Positions 63,965-64,000 of a DNA stretch of 64,000 nt are shown here, piece by piece. Position numbers and translations under genes: made by a program. Positions within the stretch are counted from its first letter, which is position 1. The number at the start of each line of letters is the position of its first letter. This DNA is from Macrostomum lignano (Eukaryota): assembly GCA_002269645.1 (NCBI GenBank), contig NIVC01002552.1:1-64000 (forward strand). The letters run 5' to 3'. The notes below the pieces were generated by a model. It ran no database searches. It was given only the letters and a program-made list of their open reading frames with translations, and was not told the origin of the DNA.

Positions 63965-64000
63965 TAATAGACAGATATGCAACCGACAGCTCAGCCGCAG
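63965..64000 (-). mobile_element. End of a second copy of the SINE seen at 10934-11182
   Basis: CAGATATGCAACCGACAGCTCAGCCGCAG is a near-exact match to ~10937-10965. Confidence 0.7.

Overview
Eukaryotic (metazoan) genomic DNA with GC-rich exons and introns largely filled by minisatellites. The architecture and the flatworm-type innexin N-terminus suggest a free-living flatworm such as Macrostomum; this is inference. I reconstructed 11 spliced or single-exon genes by hand: a calmodulin-like EF-hand gene (-, runs off the window start), NAAA-like amidase (+), a claudin/PMP22-like tetraspan with an in-frame TGA (-), a stand-alone temptin-like secreted protein (+), PIAS SUMO E3 ligase (+), SLC26A11 (-), a DEG/ENaC channel (-), a PLPP lipid phosphate phosphatase (-), TMEM167B/kish-B (-), Fuzzy/FUZ (+) and an innexin with a long acidic tail (-). 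Also present: two hAT-type MITEs with perfect 8-bp TSDs, a tRNA-derived SINE, decayed RTE-like LINE fragments and more than 25 tandem arrays. Most long ORFs in the supplied track are repeat artefacts. Top leads: (1) FUZ has no initiator ATG of its own and could take it from the AUG-terminated flatworm spliced leader; (2) several minisatellites are amplified copies of the adjacent splice donor, stop codon or start context; (3) a 42-bp array carries about 10 p53-type half-sites upstream of SLC26A11; (4) the in-frame TGA in the tetraspan gene. Exon coordinates were read by eye and may be off by a few bases.
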